Origin: Candidatus Hydrogenedentota bacterium
GTDB lineage: Bacteria; Hydrogenedentota; Hydrogenedentia; Hydrogenedentales; JAEUWI01
Length of the DNA: 64,000 nucleotides
Direction: 5' to 3'
Assembly: GCA_024280935.1 (NCBI GenBank)
Contig: JAJRPE010000115.1
Span: 12,256 to 76,255 of the forward strand
This document shows, one piece after another, positions 8,940-19,211 of the stretch. Position 1 is the first letter of the stretch. Each line of letters opens with the position of its first letter. The translations under genes were made by a program, and so were the position numbers. The notes below the pieces were generated by a model. It saw only the letters and a list, made by a program, of their open reading frames with translations. It searched no databases and was not told the DNA's origin.

Positions 8940-11900
8940 ATGCAATTCACCATCCTCGAAGAGAAACTCACCGCGTCAAACGAGCATTTTCGGGAGCGCA
9001 AGCACGACAAATCGCTCGATTTGCTTTCCGATACTTGTTCCATATTCTCTGAGAGTCCCGTGCTCTGCTACTTCCAGGCGCGTAATTTCGCTGCTCTAAA
9101 TCGTGTGGACGATGCTCAGGGACTGTGTGAGAATGCCCTCCGTTCAGTCGAAGCTCTTCGGGAGCGCGCCGATGAATTGGGCGCGCTGCTCGACCCGATA
9201 CAGCGGAAGCGACTGCTGGGTGCCTCCACAGTACAGCAAGAGGCCCTCGATTCACTGAAGTCCACCTTGGACAACCGCCTGGCAGATGCCTTAAACAAGT
9301 CGGAACTCCAAAAAACGGTGGCGGCGCTCCAGGCAGAACTGGGTCAACTAAAGTCTGAAGCCGGCAGCGTGTCTGAATCGGAACTCGCCCTGCGGGAAGA
9401 GGTGGAGGCGCTCCGTTCTGCGGAAGAGCGGAAAACCGCCGCGCTTCTTCAATCTCAGGATGCTATGGAAAACCTCAAGCTCTTACTTGAGGAGCGGGAA
9501 TCGGCGGTGCGCCAGGTTGTCGAGGACTCCGAGGAAAAAGAGAATCGCATGGTGGCCCTTCAGGGCCAGTTGGAAGCACTGAATCAAGAGGCCCAGGCCG
9601 CGACTGCCTCCGAAGAGGAATTACTGGCGGAAGTCGAACGGCTGCGAAGCGAAGAAACCGCGAAGGCGCAGGCCCTGAAGGATGCGCGAGGCACCATGAC
9701 TTTGCTGCAAGACAAGCTGGCCGAACGTGAGGCCGCTGTAGCCCAGGCGGAGAAAAACACGGCGGACCGCGAAGCGGCAATCGGGCAATTGCAGCACGAC
9801 ATGAAGAGCATCCAGCAAAACGCGGCGGCAAGCTCCGAATCCGAAAAAGCGCTCCAAGCCGAACTGGGCCAACTGCGCGCAAACGAGAAAAACAAGTCGG
9901 ATGCCCTCGCTATTGCCCGGGAAGAGTTGCTTTCCCTCCAGGGCAATCTGAAGGATCGGGAATCGGCCGTGGCAGCCGCTGAATCTCGAACCAAAGAAAG
10001 CGAAGCGGCCATGGCGGCGCTCCAACAGGAAATGGAGACAATTCAATCCCAGGCCGCCGAAGCTTCTTCCTCCGAACAGGCGCTCCAAACTGAACTCGAA
10101 CAACTGCGTGTCAATGAGCGGAAGAAAACGGAAGCCTTGGAAACTGCACGGGGCGAACTCTCGCAACTACGAGACACCTTGGACGAGCGGGAGGGCGCCG
10201 TTGCCGAGGCCGAGGCCCGGAGCCGGGACAGCGAAGCCGCCATCGCAGCACTGAACCAGGAACTGTCCAACATCCAGGAGCAAGCCACGCAGGCATCCTC
10301 TTCGGAAGAAGCCCTGCAACAGGAACTAGCCCAACTACGAAACAACGAAAAGGAAAAATCCGAGGCACTCGCAACGGCACGAGGCGCGCTTTCCCAATTG
10401 CAAGAGACCCTGGACGACCGAGAGAGCGCCATTGCCGAGGCCGAAGCCCGCAGTAAGGAAAAAGAGGACGCAATCGCGGCGCTCCACGGCGAATTGAAGC
10501 AGATTCAGCAGCAGGCGGAGACGGCTTCCAGCTCCGAGCAGGCCCTCGCGCAGGAATTGGAACAACTGCGCAAAAATGAGCTGGAAAAATCCGATTCGCT
10601 GAAAAAGACACGGGGCGACCTCGAAAAACTTCAAGAAGAACTCGCAAAGCGCGAGGCCACCATTCAGGAGGCGACGGCCAAGAGCAGCATGAGCGATGAT
10701 GCGCTCAACACGCTCCGGGAAGAACTGGTGGGCCTCCATGGGCAAGTTCAGGAGCGGGCCGAATCGGAACGTGTCCTGACGGAGGAAGTATCCCAACTAC
10801 GTACGGACAGTTCCTCAAAGTCCGAGTCCCTGGATGGTGCCAGAGGCGAACTCGAAAACCTTCGCAAACAGCTGGACCAGCGCGAGAGCGCCGTCGATGA
10901 AGCACGTCAGAGCAGCGCGGAACAAGAAGCCCAAGTGGCCACGATGCAAGAGGAACTGGCAAAGCTGCGGGCCCAGGCTCAATCAGCATCGAATTCAGAG
11001 TCGAAAATCGCAAACGAATTGGAAGCCCTCCGCAACAGCGAAGCGCAGAAATCACAGACCCTGGATGATGCCCGCGCTGAACTGGAATCATTAAAAGGGC
11101 AATTGGGCGCTCGGGAAGATGCCGTGGAGCAGGCCCGAAAAACCAGCAGCGAACAGGAAATACTCCTGGCAACCATGCAGGAAGAGCTGACCGGCCTTCG
11201 GGAGCACGCGAACAAGGCATCCTCGTCCGAAGCCAGCTTGGCAGCGGAGCTCGATTCCTTGCGCTCCAGCGAATCTGACAAATCAAAGTCGCTGGATGAG
11301 GCCCGTGCAGAACTGGAAGCGCTGCGGGGGGATCTCACCGCACGCGAAGAGGCCACCAAGGATGCCAAGGCCGCGAATGCGGAGCAGGAAGCGCTCATGC
11401 TGGCCATGCAGAAGGAATTGGAAGGACTCCGCGACGAAGCGGCCAGCGTCACTTCCTCGGAAGAGGCCCTGGCCCGGGAAGTGGAAGAACTCCGCGCAAA
11501 TGAATCCAAAAAATCGCAAGCGGTGGAAACCGCAAAAGTCGAGATGGAGGCGCTTCGCAAGGCGCTCGCAGATAGGGAGCAGGAAATTCAGCGGGCGGCG
11601 GAGAGTGATGATGCCAGTGAAGCGCAGATGGAGCAGCTCAACGAAGAACTGAAAGCGCTTCAGGCCAAAGCGCAGGAAGCCGCCTCTTCCGAACAGGAGC
11701 TGGAAAACGAGCTTTCCCAGCTTCGGGACAACGAGCAGGAGAAGAATGCGGCGCTGCAAGAGTCCCGTGCCGCGCTCGAAGAACTGCAACAAACGCTCGC
11801 CAGCCACGAAGAAGCCACGCAGCAAACTATCGAGGAAAAGGAAAGGAACGAAAAGGCCGTCAAACTGCTTCAGGAAGAGCTATCCCAACTCGAAGGGCAG

Positions 11901-13223
11901 AAAGCGGCGGCCAACGCCTCCCAAGCTTCACTGTCGAGTGAATTGGAGCTCCTGAAGCAAGAGGAAAAACAACAGCTTTCCAACCTCGAAAAAGCGCGGA
12001 CCGATGTGGAAGCCCTGCGTCAAACCGTGGACAAGCAAGACGATGTTCTTGCCCGCACCGAATTCATGCTCAACCGGGCGCGCAAGGGTGGCCCCTCAGG
12101 AAGCCTCCTCCCCGCATTCGTCGTATTCGGAGTCTTTCTGCTGGGCCTGGTCGGTGTAATGGCCTATAAAGCCCTGACCCCGGAACCGGACCCGGTCGAA
12201 ACTGCGCCCCAAGTCGTCTCTCTGGAGTTTCCAGCGGATCGATCTATCGGGACCCTGCTTGTTACGCCTCTGAAAAAACTTGCTCGCGACGATTGGCAAC
12301 CTTTTGCGGAAAAAGCACAGGGCACCTTTGAGGTATCGACAGACCAGGCCCTTCGCTTAGAACTTAACGAGGAGGCTGCCAGCGATCTATCTGCGCTCAG
12401 CGACTTGGACCCGCAATTCATTCGCTCGCTGGTCTTGCCCGCGCTGCCCCAGGACATCGCCAGTCTTGAACGCCTCAGCCACCTGACAGCGTTGGCCACG
12501 CTGACAACCAAGTTTCCCATCACCGAGAAAGAACGGGCCGCATTGGCCGAGCGCCTGCCTGCCTCCTGCGCCATCGTGGATCCTGGCAAGGCCGCCCCAA
12601 CCATATCCCTCGCCGAGCTGAACACGCCACCGACCGCACGCACGTTGGAATTCCCGGCCAACACATCACTTGGGAAGCTATTCGTGCGCCCGTGGCAGAC
12701 AGAAGATGAGGGGCCGTGGCAGGAACGCGGTGCCGCACAGGGTTCCATTTCTGTGGCCGAGGGGGTGGAGGCAAAACTCGAAGTCGCCTACGATTTAGGG
12801 GGTACCCTGAGCGCTCTATCTACCTTGGACAAGAATGACCTCCAGGCGATTGGACTCGTGGGGGAAAAGGTAAACAACGACAGCATGGAGCACGTGGGAC
12901 TGCTGACAGGCCTCCGGCACGTCACCCTGACGAGAACAGGCGTGACCGACGAAGGACTCCGCCACCTCTGGGAATTGTCCTTTCTCCATGATCTAAACAT
13001 TCACACGCCGAAAGAAATGACGGACACAGGTTTGGCGTATCTGACCGCTCACCGCTATCTCTCCCGCCTGTCGCTCACCAATACCAACTTAACTTTCGAG
13101 AGCGTCAATACACTGGGAACCTTTTCCTATCTTCGGGAACTTCATCTAAGCGATTCGGGCATCTCCGAGGAAGGCATCATTTCGCTCGAAGGCGACCTGC
13201 CCAACTGTAAGATAAGCTACTGA
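8940..13223 (+). CDS. Giant coiled-coil repeat protein: about 12 tandem 77-aa (11-heptad) repeats, one TM helix, and a C-terminal leucine-rich-repeat domain
   Basis: ATG at 8940 has a GGAG RBS. The track start at 8775 adds a non-coiled 55-aa extension that I discount. The repeat unit is SSSEQALQxELxQLRxNExxKSxALxxARGxLSQLxxTLDxRExAxAEAEARSxxxExAIAALxxELxxIQxQAxxA, 77 aa and 231 bp at the DNA level, spanning roughly 9330-12060. TM helix LLPAFVVFGVFLLGLVGVMAY. The LRR-like C-terminus is LxxLxxLxL repeats from about 12300 to 13220. Confidence 0.7.
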   Translation: MQFTILEEKLTASNEHFRERKHDKSLDLLSDTCSIFSESPVLCYFQARNFAALNRVDDAQGLCENALRSVEALRERADELGALLDPIQRKRLLGASTVQQEALDSLKSTLDNRLADALNKSELQKTVAALQAELGQLKSEAGSVSESELALREEVEALRSAEERKTAALLQSQDAMENLKLLLEERESAVRQVVEDSEEKENRMVALQGQLEALNQEAQAATASEEELLAEVERLRSEETAKAQALKDARGTMTLLQDKLAEREAAVAQAEKNTADREAAIGQLQHDMKSIQQNAAASSESEKALQAELGQLRANEKNKSDALAIAREELLSLQGNLKDRESAVAAAESRTKESEAAMAALQQEMETIQSQAAEASSSEQALQTELEQLRVNERKKTEALETARGELSQLRDTLDEREGAVAEAEARSRDSEAAIAALNQELSNIQEQATQASSSEEALQQELAQLRNNEKEKSEALATARGALSQLQETLDDRESAIAEAEARSKEKEDAIAALHGELKQIQQQAETASSSEQALAQELEQLRKNELEKSDSLKKTRGDLEKLQEELAKREATIQEATAKSSMSDDALNTLREELVGLHGQVQERAESERVLTEEVSQLRTDSSSKSESLDGARGELENLRKQLDQRESAVDEARQSSAEQEAQVATMQEELAKLRAQAQSASNSESKIANELEALRNSEAQKSQTLDDARAELESLKGQLGAREDAVEQARKTSSEQEILLATMQEELTGLREHANKASSSEASLAAELDSLRSSESDKSKSLDEARAELEALRGDLTAREEATKDAKAANAEQEALMLAMQKELEGLRDEAASVTSSEEALAREVEELRANESKKSQAVETAKVEMEALRKALADREQEIQRAAESDDASEAQMEQLNEELKALQAKAQEAASSEQELENELSQLRDNEQEKNAALQESRAALEELQQTLASHEEATQQTIEEKERNEKAVKLLQEELSQLEGQKAAANASQASLSSELELLKQEEKQQLSNLEKARTDVEALRQTVDKQDDVLARTEFMLNRARKGGPSGSLLPAFVVFGVFLLGLVGVMAYKALTPEPDPVETAPQVVSLEFPADRSIGTLLVTPLKKLARDDWQPFAEKAQGTFEVSTDQALRLELNEEAASDLSALSDLDPQFIRSLVLPALPQDIASLERLSHLTALATLTTKFPITEKERAALAERLPASCAIVDPGKAAPTISLAELNTPPTARTLEFPANTSLGKLFVRPWQTEDEGPWQERGAAQGSISVAEGVEAKLEVAYDLGGTLSALSTLDKNDLQAIGLVGEKVNNDSMEHVGLLTGLRHVTLTRTGVTDEGLRHLWELSFLHDLNIHTPKEMTDTGLAYLTAHRYLSRLSLTNTNLTFESVNTLGTFSYLRELHLSDSGISEEGIISLEGDLPNCKISY
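9330..12060 (+). repeat. Intragenic 231-bp tandem DNA repeat array, about 12 units, encoding the 77-aa coiled-coil repeat
   Basis: Direct reading shows near-periodic recurrence of gc(c/g)tcc(t/a)cttc(g/c)gaaga...gaactgg...caactgcg every 231 bp. The antisense ORFs in this span are artefacts. Confidence 0.8.
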
Positions 13224-13321
13224 AAAGTTGCCCATTTGAAAGACAAGTACCCTCCATCCACATAAGCCGTTCAGGAGGACTGTGGAACCCAAGGCAATCC
13301 GTAGATGCTTGCCTGCATCTT

Positions 13322-14152
13322 TTATGAACCCCCGCCAATCTGCTTGACGATAGCCTCGTAAACGGCGCGTGGTGTTCGCACGCGCCCCAACAGGGCTTTC
13401 CCCTTGATGGTGCCGTGGCAATCGCTGCCGCCACTCACGAGCAATCCGCGATCTCCAGCGAGGACGAGGAACTCGTCCACGCGCCCGGGCGTATGGCTGA
13501 TGTGGTAGGCCTCAATGCCATCGAAAGGCAGCAGCAACAATTCGGGGAGAAGCTTGCGCACCGTCTTACCCAACCCCGGATGGGCCACAAAGGCCAGTCC
13601 CCCCGCCCCATGAATGCAATCAACCGCTTCCGCAACAGGCAAGGTTTTCTTAGGCACAAAAGCGGCCTTGCCGCCATTGAGGTAGCGGTCAAAGGCCTCT
13701 TGGGGCTTCTTTACGTACCCGGCGTCGGTCATGGCCCGTGCAATGTGCATGCGGCCAAAGGCCTCGCCGCCGTCGGCCACCAGGGACTCAGGCAGATGGA
13801 TATCCAATTCCGCGAGCCGCTCCAGGATATCTCGTCCCCGTCGCTGCCTGGCATGACAAAGCGCACCCAACGCTGCGCAGAGCGCCTCGTTCTCAATGTC
13901 AATACCGAGGCCAAGCACATGAACCTCGCGCCCCTTGAACCCCGTGCTGATCTCCGTACCCGAAAGAAAGCCAAGACCCGCGTTGCGGGCAGCGACACGC
14001 CCCGCCGCCACGCCAGCGACCGTGTCATGGTCGGTCAGCGCAATGGCCGAGGCCCCCGCAGCCACCGCACGGGCCACCACCACCGCCGGCGAATCGGAGC
14101 CATCGGAGTGGCGGGTGTGCAGGTGCAAGTCAACGAAAGTATCAGTGTTCAC
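13322..14152 (-). CDS. PHP-domain phosphoesterase (TrpH/YciV-like)
   Basis: VDLHLHTRHSDGS...ALTDHDTVAGV is the PHP His-motif. A likely GTG start at 14152 gives VNTDTFVDLHLHT. The track ORF extends to 14380 with a non-homologous N-terminus. Confidence 0.7.
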   Translation of the reverse strand: MNTDTFVDLHLHTRHSDGSDSPAVVVARAVAAGASAIALTDHDTVAGVAAGRVAARNAGLGFLSGTEISTGFKGREVHVLGLGIDIENEALCAALGALCHARQRRGRDILERLAELDIHLPESLVADGGEAFGRMHIARAMTDAGYVKKPQEAFDRYLNGGKAAFVPKKTLPVAEAVDCIHGAGGLAFVAHPGLGKTVRKLLPELLLLPFDGIEAYHISHTPGRVDEFLVLAGDRGLLVSGGSDCHGTIKGKALLGRVRTPRAVYEAIVKQIGGGS

Positions 14153-14431
14153 AAAAAGCAACCCGCCTCCAGGGACTGACGCGGACCAATCATCTGGGGT
14201 ATGAGGAAAAAGCGTGGCTTCACAGGCTGTATCTCTTGAAACAAGGGCCACTTCAAGGTCCGTGGCTGTCCCGTCGTTGGCGAGAAGAGCGACGATTCTT
14301 TCGCAAACGACGGGACAGCTACGCCCGATAAGAGTGTCTGCCGTTGCACCAAGAGGACTCGCAAGATTCCAAGCAAACAAAAATAGACCACGCCGTTTTG
14401 GGCGCGTCAGTCCCTGAACTCCCTCCCAAAA

Positions 14432-14464
14432 CCGTCATCCTCGCAAACGCGGGGAGCCAGTGGT
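14432..14464 (+). repeat. REP-like palindromic repeat, family 1 unit (gtcatcc(t/c)cgcRaacgcgggga(g/t)ccagtg)
   Basis: The same palindrome recurs at 17656-17684, 30438-30462, 38921-38960 and 42806-42835. Confidence 0.7.
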
Positions 14465-14517
14465 GACTTAATGCAAAGCTGACGTATTCTGCACGCGGGA
14501 TACTGTCCACCGCCCGC

Positions 14518-14943
14518 TCAGGCGGAGTTCTTTTTCGCGTTGCTCTTGAGACGGTCCAAGACCCCGTTCACGAACTTGGGGGCATCGTCGGAGCCAAAGG
14601 TCTTCACCACTTCGATGGCCTCGTTTATTGCGACGGCCTCGGGGACATCCTTAAAATGACGCATCTCAAAGAGGGCAATACGTATTGCGGAGCGCTCAAC
14701 ATGACCAATGCGGTCCGGTGTCCAATTATCCAATGCGGATAGAATCTCTTCGTCCAGCTCCTCACGATGGTTGGATACCCCGTGAATGAGCTTTTCGGCA
14801 TATTGGCGGGCACCGGGCCGTGCGGGATTGATATTCCAGAAGTCCTCCAGCTTATCTTCCACCGTGTACTCGGTAAAATCCAAACTGAACAAGAACTGAA
14901 GTGCGCGTTCACGGCCACGCCGCCGTACTTTGGGGTTAACCAC
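14518..14943 (-). CDS. nusB: Transcription antitermination factor NusB
   Basis: 141 aa with a NusB-like helical fold ([12 protein letters not shown]...[29 protein letters not shown]). Canonical position downstream of ribH. Confidence 0.9.
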   Translation of the reverse strand: MVNPKVRRRGRERALQFLFSLDFTEYTVEDKLEDFWNINPARPGARQYAEKLIHGVSNHREELDEEILSALDNWTPDRIGHVERSAIRIALFEMRHFKDVPEAVAINEAIEVVKTFGSDDAPKFVNGVLDRLKSNAKKNSA

Positions 14944-15409
14944 GGTCGATCTGCTCCATCAGGCTCATCATTTCGAGGGCGGCCATGGCGGCATCCGCGC
15001 CCTTGTTTCCCGCTTTGGTACCGGCGCGTTCGATGGCCTGCTCAATGCTGTCGGTGGTCAATACGCCAAAAAGCACGGGGATATCGGCCTGCAGCGCCAA
15101 TTGACCAATTCCCTTGGCGGCCTCACCGGCCACATAGTCGAAATGAGGCGTTGCGCCACGAATGACCGCACCAAGGGCGATGATGGCATCAAAGCCTCCC
15201 TTGTCGATCAATTTCTTGACCACCAGGGGAATCTCAAAGGCACCGGGTGCCCATACTTGCGTGATGGCGCTGTCTTCGATTCCGTGGCGCACGAGGGTAT
15301 CCACCGCGCCCTCGGCAAGGTTCTTGGTGATAAAGGCATTAAAACGCCCAACCACCAGGGCCACCTTCTTCCCCGACACCTGAAAATTTCCTTCTATTAT
15401 ATTAGGCAT
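14936..15409 (-). CDS. ribH: 6,7-dimethyl-8-ribityllumazine synthase
   Basis: [21 protein letters not shown]...[11 protein letters not shown]...[21 protein letters not shown] are classic RibH motifs. Confidence 0.95.
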   Translation of the reverse strand: MPNIIEGNFQVSGKKVALVVGRFNAFITKNLAEGAVDTLVRHGIEDSAITQVWAPGAFEIPLVVKKLIDKGGFDAIIALGAVIRGATPHFDYVAGEAAKGIGQLALQADIPVLFGVLTTDSIEQAIERAGTKAGNKGADAAMAALEMMSLMEQIDRG

Positions 15410-15434
15410 GTACGACTCCTTGTCGCGCTATTCC

Positions 15435-15734
15435 CTACGCCTGGGCGTCGGTTGCGTCTTCACTTTTTTTCAGCTGATCCGCGATGAGCTTTCGCGCGGC
15501 ATCGGCGTCATCTTCGTGTACGTAGATTTCACAGTCGGAACTGACCGGTAATACGCTGTGGGGCAGGTCGGTCTCCAACCGTGCGGTAATTCCATTTTCC
15601 GAAAGGAACGCGATCACAACGTTGGCCTCCTCGTCATGTCCGCACGCGTGAATGGAAACGAGTCCGTGGTGTTCTTCTTGTTCACTCATCGTTGCTACCC
15701 TTTCTACCGGGGCCGAATTCTGCCTGGCCGCCAT
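15435..15734 (-). CDS. DUF2007-like small protein inserted between ribBA and ribH
   Basis: GLVSIHACGHDEEANVVIAFLSENGITARLE...EIYVHEDDADAARKLI fits the DUF2007 pattern (hypothetical signal-transducing protein). The start may be the internal MSEQEE near 15689. Confidence 0.45.
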   Translation of the reverse strand: MAARQNSAPVERVATMSEQEEHHGLVSIHACGHDEEANVVIAFLSENGITARLETDLPHSVLPVSSDCEIYVHEDDADAARKLIADQLKKSEDATDAQA

Positions 15735-15782
15735 CCGACCAGCTATGTATTCATTGTACGGGTATCCGAGGGCTGATGCGAG

Positions 15783-16976
15783 TCATTTCAGCAAATGTCC
15801 CATCTTTTCCTGCTTCGTCTTCAGATAACGGGCGTTCACCACATTGGGCGGTATCACAATGGGGACGAGTTCCGTCACTTCAAGCCCATAGCCCTCCAAG
15901 CCCGTCTGCTTCACCGGATTGTTGGTCAAGAGCCGCATTTTCGATATCCCCAAGTTATCCAGAATTTGCGCACCCAATCCATATTCACGCGGGTCGGGGT
16001 CGAATCCAAGATGGACATTCGCTTCGACGGTGTCCATTCCCTGATCCTGAAGTTCGTAGGCCTTAATCTTGTTCACCAAACCAATACCCCGCCCTTCCTG
16101 ACGCATGTAAACAAGGACACCACAGCCTGACTCGGCGATCTGGGCCATCGCCTGGTGCAACTGCTCGCCGCAATCGCAGCGAAGCGAATGAAGCACATCG
16201 CCCGTGAGGCATTCGGAATGCACCCGAACGAGGGGCGCATCCGCCTTCTCAACATCCCCCATTATCAGCGCAAGGTGTTCGTAGTCATCCACATCTGTTT
16301 CGTAGACAATAAGCTGAAAGGTCCCATGCTCCGTGGGCAAAATCGTCTCCGCAGCACGATGCACAAGGGTTTCGTTCAGCCTGCGGTATTCAATCAGCGC
16401 CTGTATGGAGCAAATCTTCAATTGGTGCTCTTCGGCAAATACTTCGAGTTCGGGCAGGCGGGCCATGGTGCCGTCGTCGTTCATGATTTCGCAGATCACC
16501 GACGCAGGGTGCAAGCCCGCGAGGCGCATCAAGTCCACCGAACCTTCGGTCTGGCCCGCACGGACAAGGACGCCGCCCTCCCGCGCCATGAGGGGAAACA
16601 TGTGGCCGGGCCGCACCAGATCTTCGGGCCGCGTATCGGGGTTGGCGGCGACCTGTACACTGCGCGAACGGTCGGCGGCGCTGATGCCCGTGGTGACACC
16701 GGCACTGGCCTCGAAAGAGAGGTGAAAGGCCGTGTTGAAGGGGGAGGTATTCCGCTGGGTCATGGGCGGCAGATCCAGCCGGTCCAACGCCGCTTCGGTC
16801 ATCGGCATGCAGATAAGGCCACGGCCAAATCGGGCCATGAAGTTAATAGCTTCGGGCGTCACCTTGTCGGCTGCGATAACGAGATCGCCTTCATTTTCCC
16901 GATCTTCATCGTCAATCAGGATAATCTGGCGCCCGGCGCGGAGTTCTTCGATTATTTCAGGTATGGGACTCAGCAC
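15783..16976 (-). CDS. ribBA: Bifunctional 3,4-dihydroxy-2-butanone-4-phosphate synthase / GTP cyclohydrolase II
   Basis: N-terminal DHBP synthase motifs ([37 protein letters not shown]) and C-terminal GTP cyclohydrolase II motifs ([36 protein letters not shown]). Confidence 0.95.
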   Translation of the reverse strand: MLSPIPEIIEELRAGRQIILIDDEDRENEGDLVIAADKVTPEAINFMARFGRGLICMPMTEAALDRLDLPPMTQRNTSPFNTAFHLSFEASAGVTTGISAADRSRSVQVAANPDTRPEDLVRPGHMFPLMAREGGVLVRAGQTEGSVDLMRLAGLHPASVICEIMNDDGTMARLPELEVFAEEHQLKICSIQALIEYRRLNETLVHRAAETILPTEHGTFQLIVYETDVDDYEHLALIMGDVEKADAPLVRVHSECLTGDVLHSLRCDCGEQLHQAMAQIAESGCGVLVYMRQEGRGIGLVNKIKAYELQDQGMDTVEANVHLGFDPDPREYGLGAQILDNLGISKMRLLTNNPVKQTGLEGYGLEVTELVPIVIPPNVVNARYLKTKQEKMGHLLK

Positions 16977-17612
16977 TTACTTCTCCTGGGCAAAGCCATG
17001 CGCACGCAGGAAGTCCATGGATAAGGTCTCCTGCTTGTCATGGTGCATGAAATGATAGATATGTTTGCCGATCATGTCAGCTTCCATATTTACCTTGGCC
17101 CCAGTATTCCGCTGGGGCAACACGGTTTTTTCCAAGGTGGCGGGAATGATCGCCACACTGAAGGTATCTTCTATGGGGTTAACAACGGTGAGACTGATTC
17201 CGTCAATCGCGACAGAACCTTTCGGAATTAGATAACGGGCAACCTCGGCAGGCGCACGAAAATGCCAGAGTTGAAACTCGCCCTGCTCCTCCATGCCGAC
17301 CACTTCACCCATGCCATCCACATGGCCCTGAACAAAATGGCCGCCCAAACGCTGATTGGCCGCCATGGCGCGCTCCAGGTTCACGGTATCGCCCGGCGCG
17401 AGGCTGCCCAGCGTCGTCTTCTCGAAACTCTCGGGAGACACCTGCACCCGAAAGGTGGTGGCATCGAAAGCAATCGCTGTCATGCAGGCCCCGTTGATGG
17501 CGATACTGTCGCCCTCGGCCAGTCCCTCCAGCACGGTGGTAGCCTCGACACACAACTCGGGACCGCGCAGGGAAGCGATACGACCAATCTCTTCAATAAT
17601 TCCGGTAAACAA
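16977..17612 (-). CDS. ribE: Riboflavin synthase (alpha subunit); a TTG start is inferred
   Basis: [12 protein letters not shown]...INGACMTA...HFVQGHVDG...[11 protein letters not shown]. The ORF-track start at 17801 would read through a REP element, so the TTG at 17612 giving (M)FTGIIEE is preferred. Confidence 0.85.
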   Translation of the reverse strand: MFTGIIEEIGRIASLRGPELCVEATTVLEGLAEGDSIAINGACMTAIAFDATTFRVQVSPESFEKTTLGSLAPGDTVNLERAMAANQRLGGHFVQGHVDGMGEVVGMEEQGEFQLWHFRAPAEVARYLIPKGSVAIDGISLTVVNPIEDTFSVAIIPATLEKTVLPQRNTGAKVNMEADMIGKHIYHFMHHDKQETLSMDFLRAHGFAQEK

Positions 17613-17640
17613 TTTCTTCTCCGCTAGCGTGGACGTTGCC

Positions 17641-17745
17641 CACAACCCAGAACCGTCATCCCCGCGAACGCGGGGATCCAGTGCTGTTACGATGTGCACC
17701 TGCCGCGTTCTGGATTCCCACGTTCGTGGGAATGACATCGGCTTA
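17641..17745 (+). repeat. Composite REP/MITE-like element, family 1, inserted between ribD and ribE
   Basis: gtcatccccgcgaacgcggggatccagtg ... ctgccgcgttctggattcccacgttcgtgggaatgacat. Inverse-orientation copies at 38876-38975 and 42748-42850 share the tail ttgggttgtgggcaa. Confidence 0.8.
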
Positions 17746-17787
17746 TTGTCTTTTTTGTTGCGGTTCTCCCAGAGTAATACACTAATC

Positions 17788-18870
17788 TCAGGGACGAACA
17801 TACGCCTCTATCAATAAATCCTGGCTGATGGGCGTGGCCGTCATATGTTCCAGTTGAATAGCCTCGTCAACGGTGTCAAAGCCCGACCCTTCGACCGGAG
17901 ACACGGCATCGCGCCCGCCAAGTATCTTGGGAGCCACGAAGAACATTACCTTGTCCACGATGCCCGCCTTAAAGGCCGCTGCGTGGGTCGTGCCGCCGCC
18001 CTCGATCAGGAGTGACGTGATGCCCCGCTCGCCCAACGCGTCCATCAACGCGGCCAGATCTACACCGCCATCATGTTGGGGCACCCGAATCACTTCATCG
18101 GCTTCGGGATAGTCCCGGTCCGTACACACCGCAATCCACGTTTCGGCCTCGCTGTTGAGGTGAAAAACACGACGATTACTGTCGAGGTAGTCGCCCGCGT
18201 CCAGAATGATACGAGTCGGGTCCTTGGAAAACCCGTTCGTGAGGCGGCAGGTCAAGCTGGGGTCATCCAGCATCACCGTCCGGCTGCCTACGAGGATGCC
18301 GTCCACGTGGGACCGAATCTCGTGAACCCTGGTGCGGGACGCTTCGCAGGTAATCCATTTCGAGTGGCCCGTATGGGATGCTATTTTTCCGTCCAACGTC
18401 ATGCCACACTTCGCGATAACAAAAGGGCGACCGGTGGTGATGAATTTTATAAATACTTCATTAAGTCGCCGGGCTTCTGCCTCGCAGCACCCCACATCCA
18501 CCTGAATACCGGCATCGCGAAGCTTGGCGACGCTCTTCCCCGCCGTCAAGGGGTTGGGATCTTCCATGGCCACCACAACGCGGGCAATGTCCTCCTGAAG
18601 AAGAAAATCGACGCAGGGCGGGGTCTTTCCGTGGTGCGCGCACGGCTCCAGCGTGACGTAGACGGTCAACTGTTTGCGCTGGGGCTGGGCAATATCCTGG
18701 AAGGCGTTGACCTCCGCGTGGGGTCCCCCAGCGTACTCGTGATAGCCCTCCCCCACCATCTGATTGTCGGACACCACCACACAACCGACCATGGGATTGG
18801 GCGAGGTACGGCCCAGTCCCTTCGCAGCCAGTGCGAGGGCCTGCTCCATATAGGTTGTGTCCGAGGGCAT
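17788..18870 (-). CDS. ribD: Bifunctional riboflavin biosynthesis deaminase/reductase
   Basis: CMP/dCMP deaminase motif PHAEVNAF...LEPCAHHGKTPPC, plus a C-terminal RibD reductase domain. The start is probably MPSDTTYMEQ; the track ORF extends to 18990. Confidence 0.9.
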   Translation of the reverse strand: MPSDTTYMEQALALAAKGLGRTSPNPMVGCVVVSDNQMVGEGYHEYAGGPHAEVNAFQDIAQPQRKQLTVYVTLEPCAHHGKTPPCVDFLLQEDIARVVVAMEDPNPLTAGKSVAKLRDAGIQVDVGCCEAEARRLNEVFIKFITTGRPFVIAKCGMTLDGKIASHTGHSKWITCEASRTRVHEIRSHVDGILVGSRTVMLDDPSLTCRLTNGFSKDPTRIILDAGDYLDSNRRVFHLNSEAETWIAVCTDRDYPEADEVIRVPQHDGGVDLAALMDALGERGITSLLIEGGGTTHAAAFKAGIVDKVMFFVAPKILGGRDAVSPVEGSGFDTVDEAIQLEHMTATPISQDLLIEAYVRP

Positions 18871-19211
18871 AAAAAAAACCTGCTGGTAGAGACCAACAGG
18901 GCGAACGCATCGGAAACGTGATGCACGGTAAGCGTACACGGGTTGCGCACGCACGGAGACCACCGGCCAACGCACACACACCTCCTGCAATACGTTTTCA
19001 CGTACTCGGACGTATCCCAGCCTTCTCCCATCCGGACTTTAACCGTCGGCCCCGGAATTACACCGGTGTCTGCGCCGAAGCGCTCGCGGGCTTTCACCGC
19101 CGGTCAGGAATTGCACCATGCCCTGAAGGTCAGGTATGTTTCAGTTCTGGTTGTATTCTACCAAGCGGTAGGTTGTTCGGTCAATAAATTGGGCTTTGGG
19201 TTGTTGAAAAG

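Noticed and set aside
9475-11825. Five long minus-strand ORFs (135-193 aa) inside the giant repeat gene
   Set aside because: They are low-complexity Ser/Ala/Arg-rich antisense readings of the 231-bp tandem repeat. They all overlap the strongly supported plus-strand coiled-coil ORF.
13415-14179. 254-aa plus-strand ORF
   Set aside because: It is antisense to the PHP phosphoesterase gene with its HxH...DHD motifs.
16155-17024. 289-aa plus-strand ORF
   Set aside because: It is antisense to ribBA, whose motifs are canonical.
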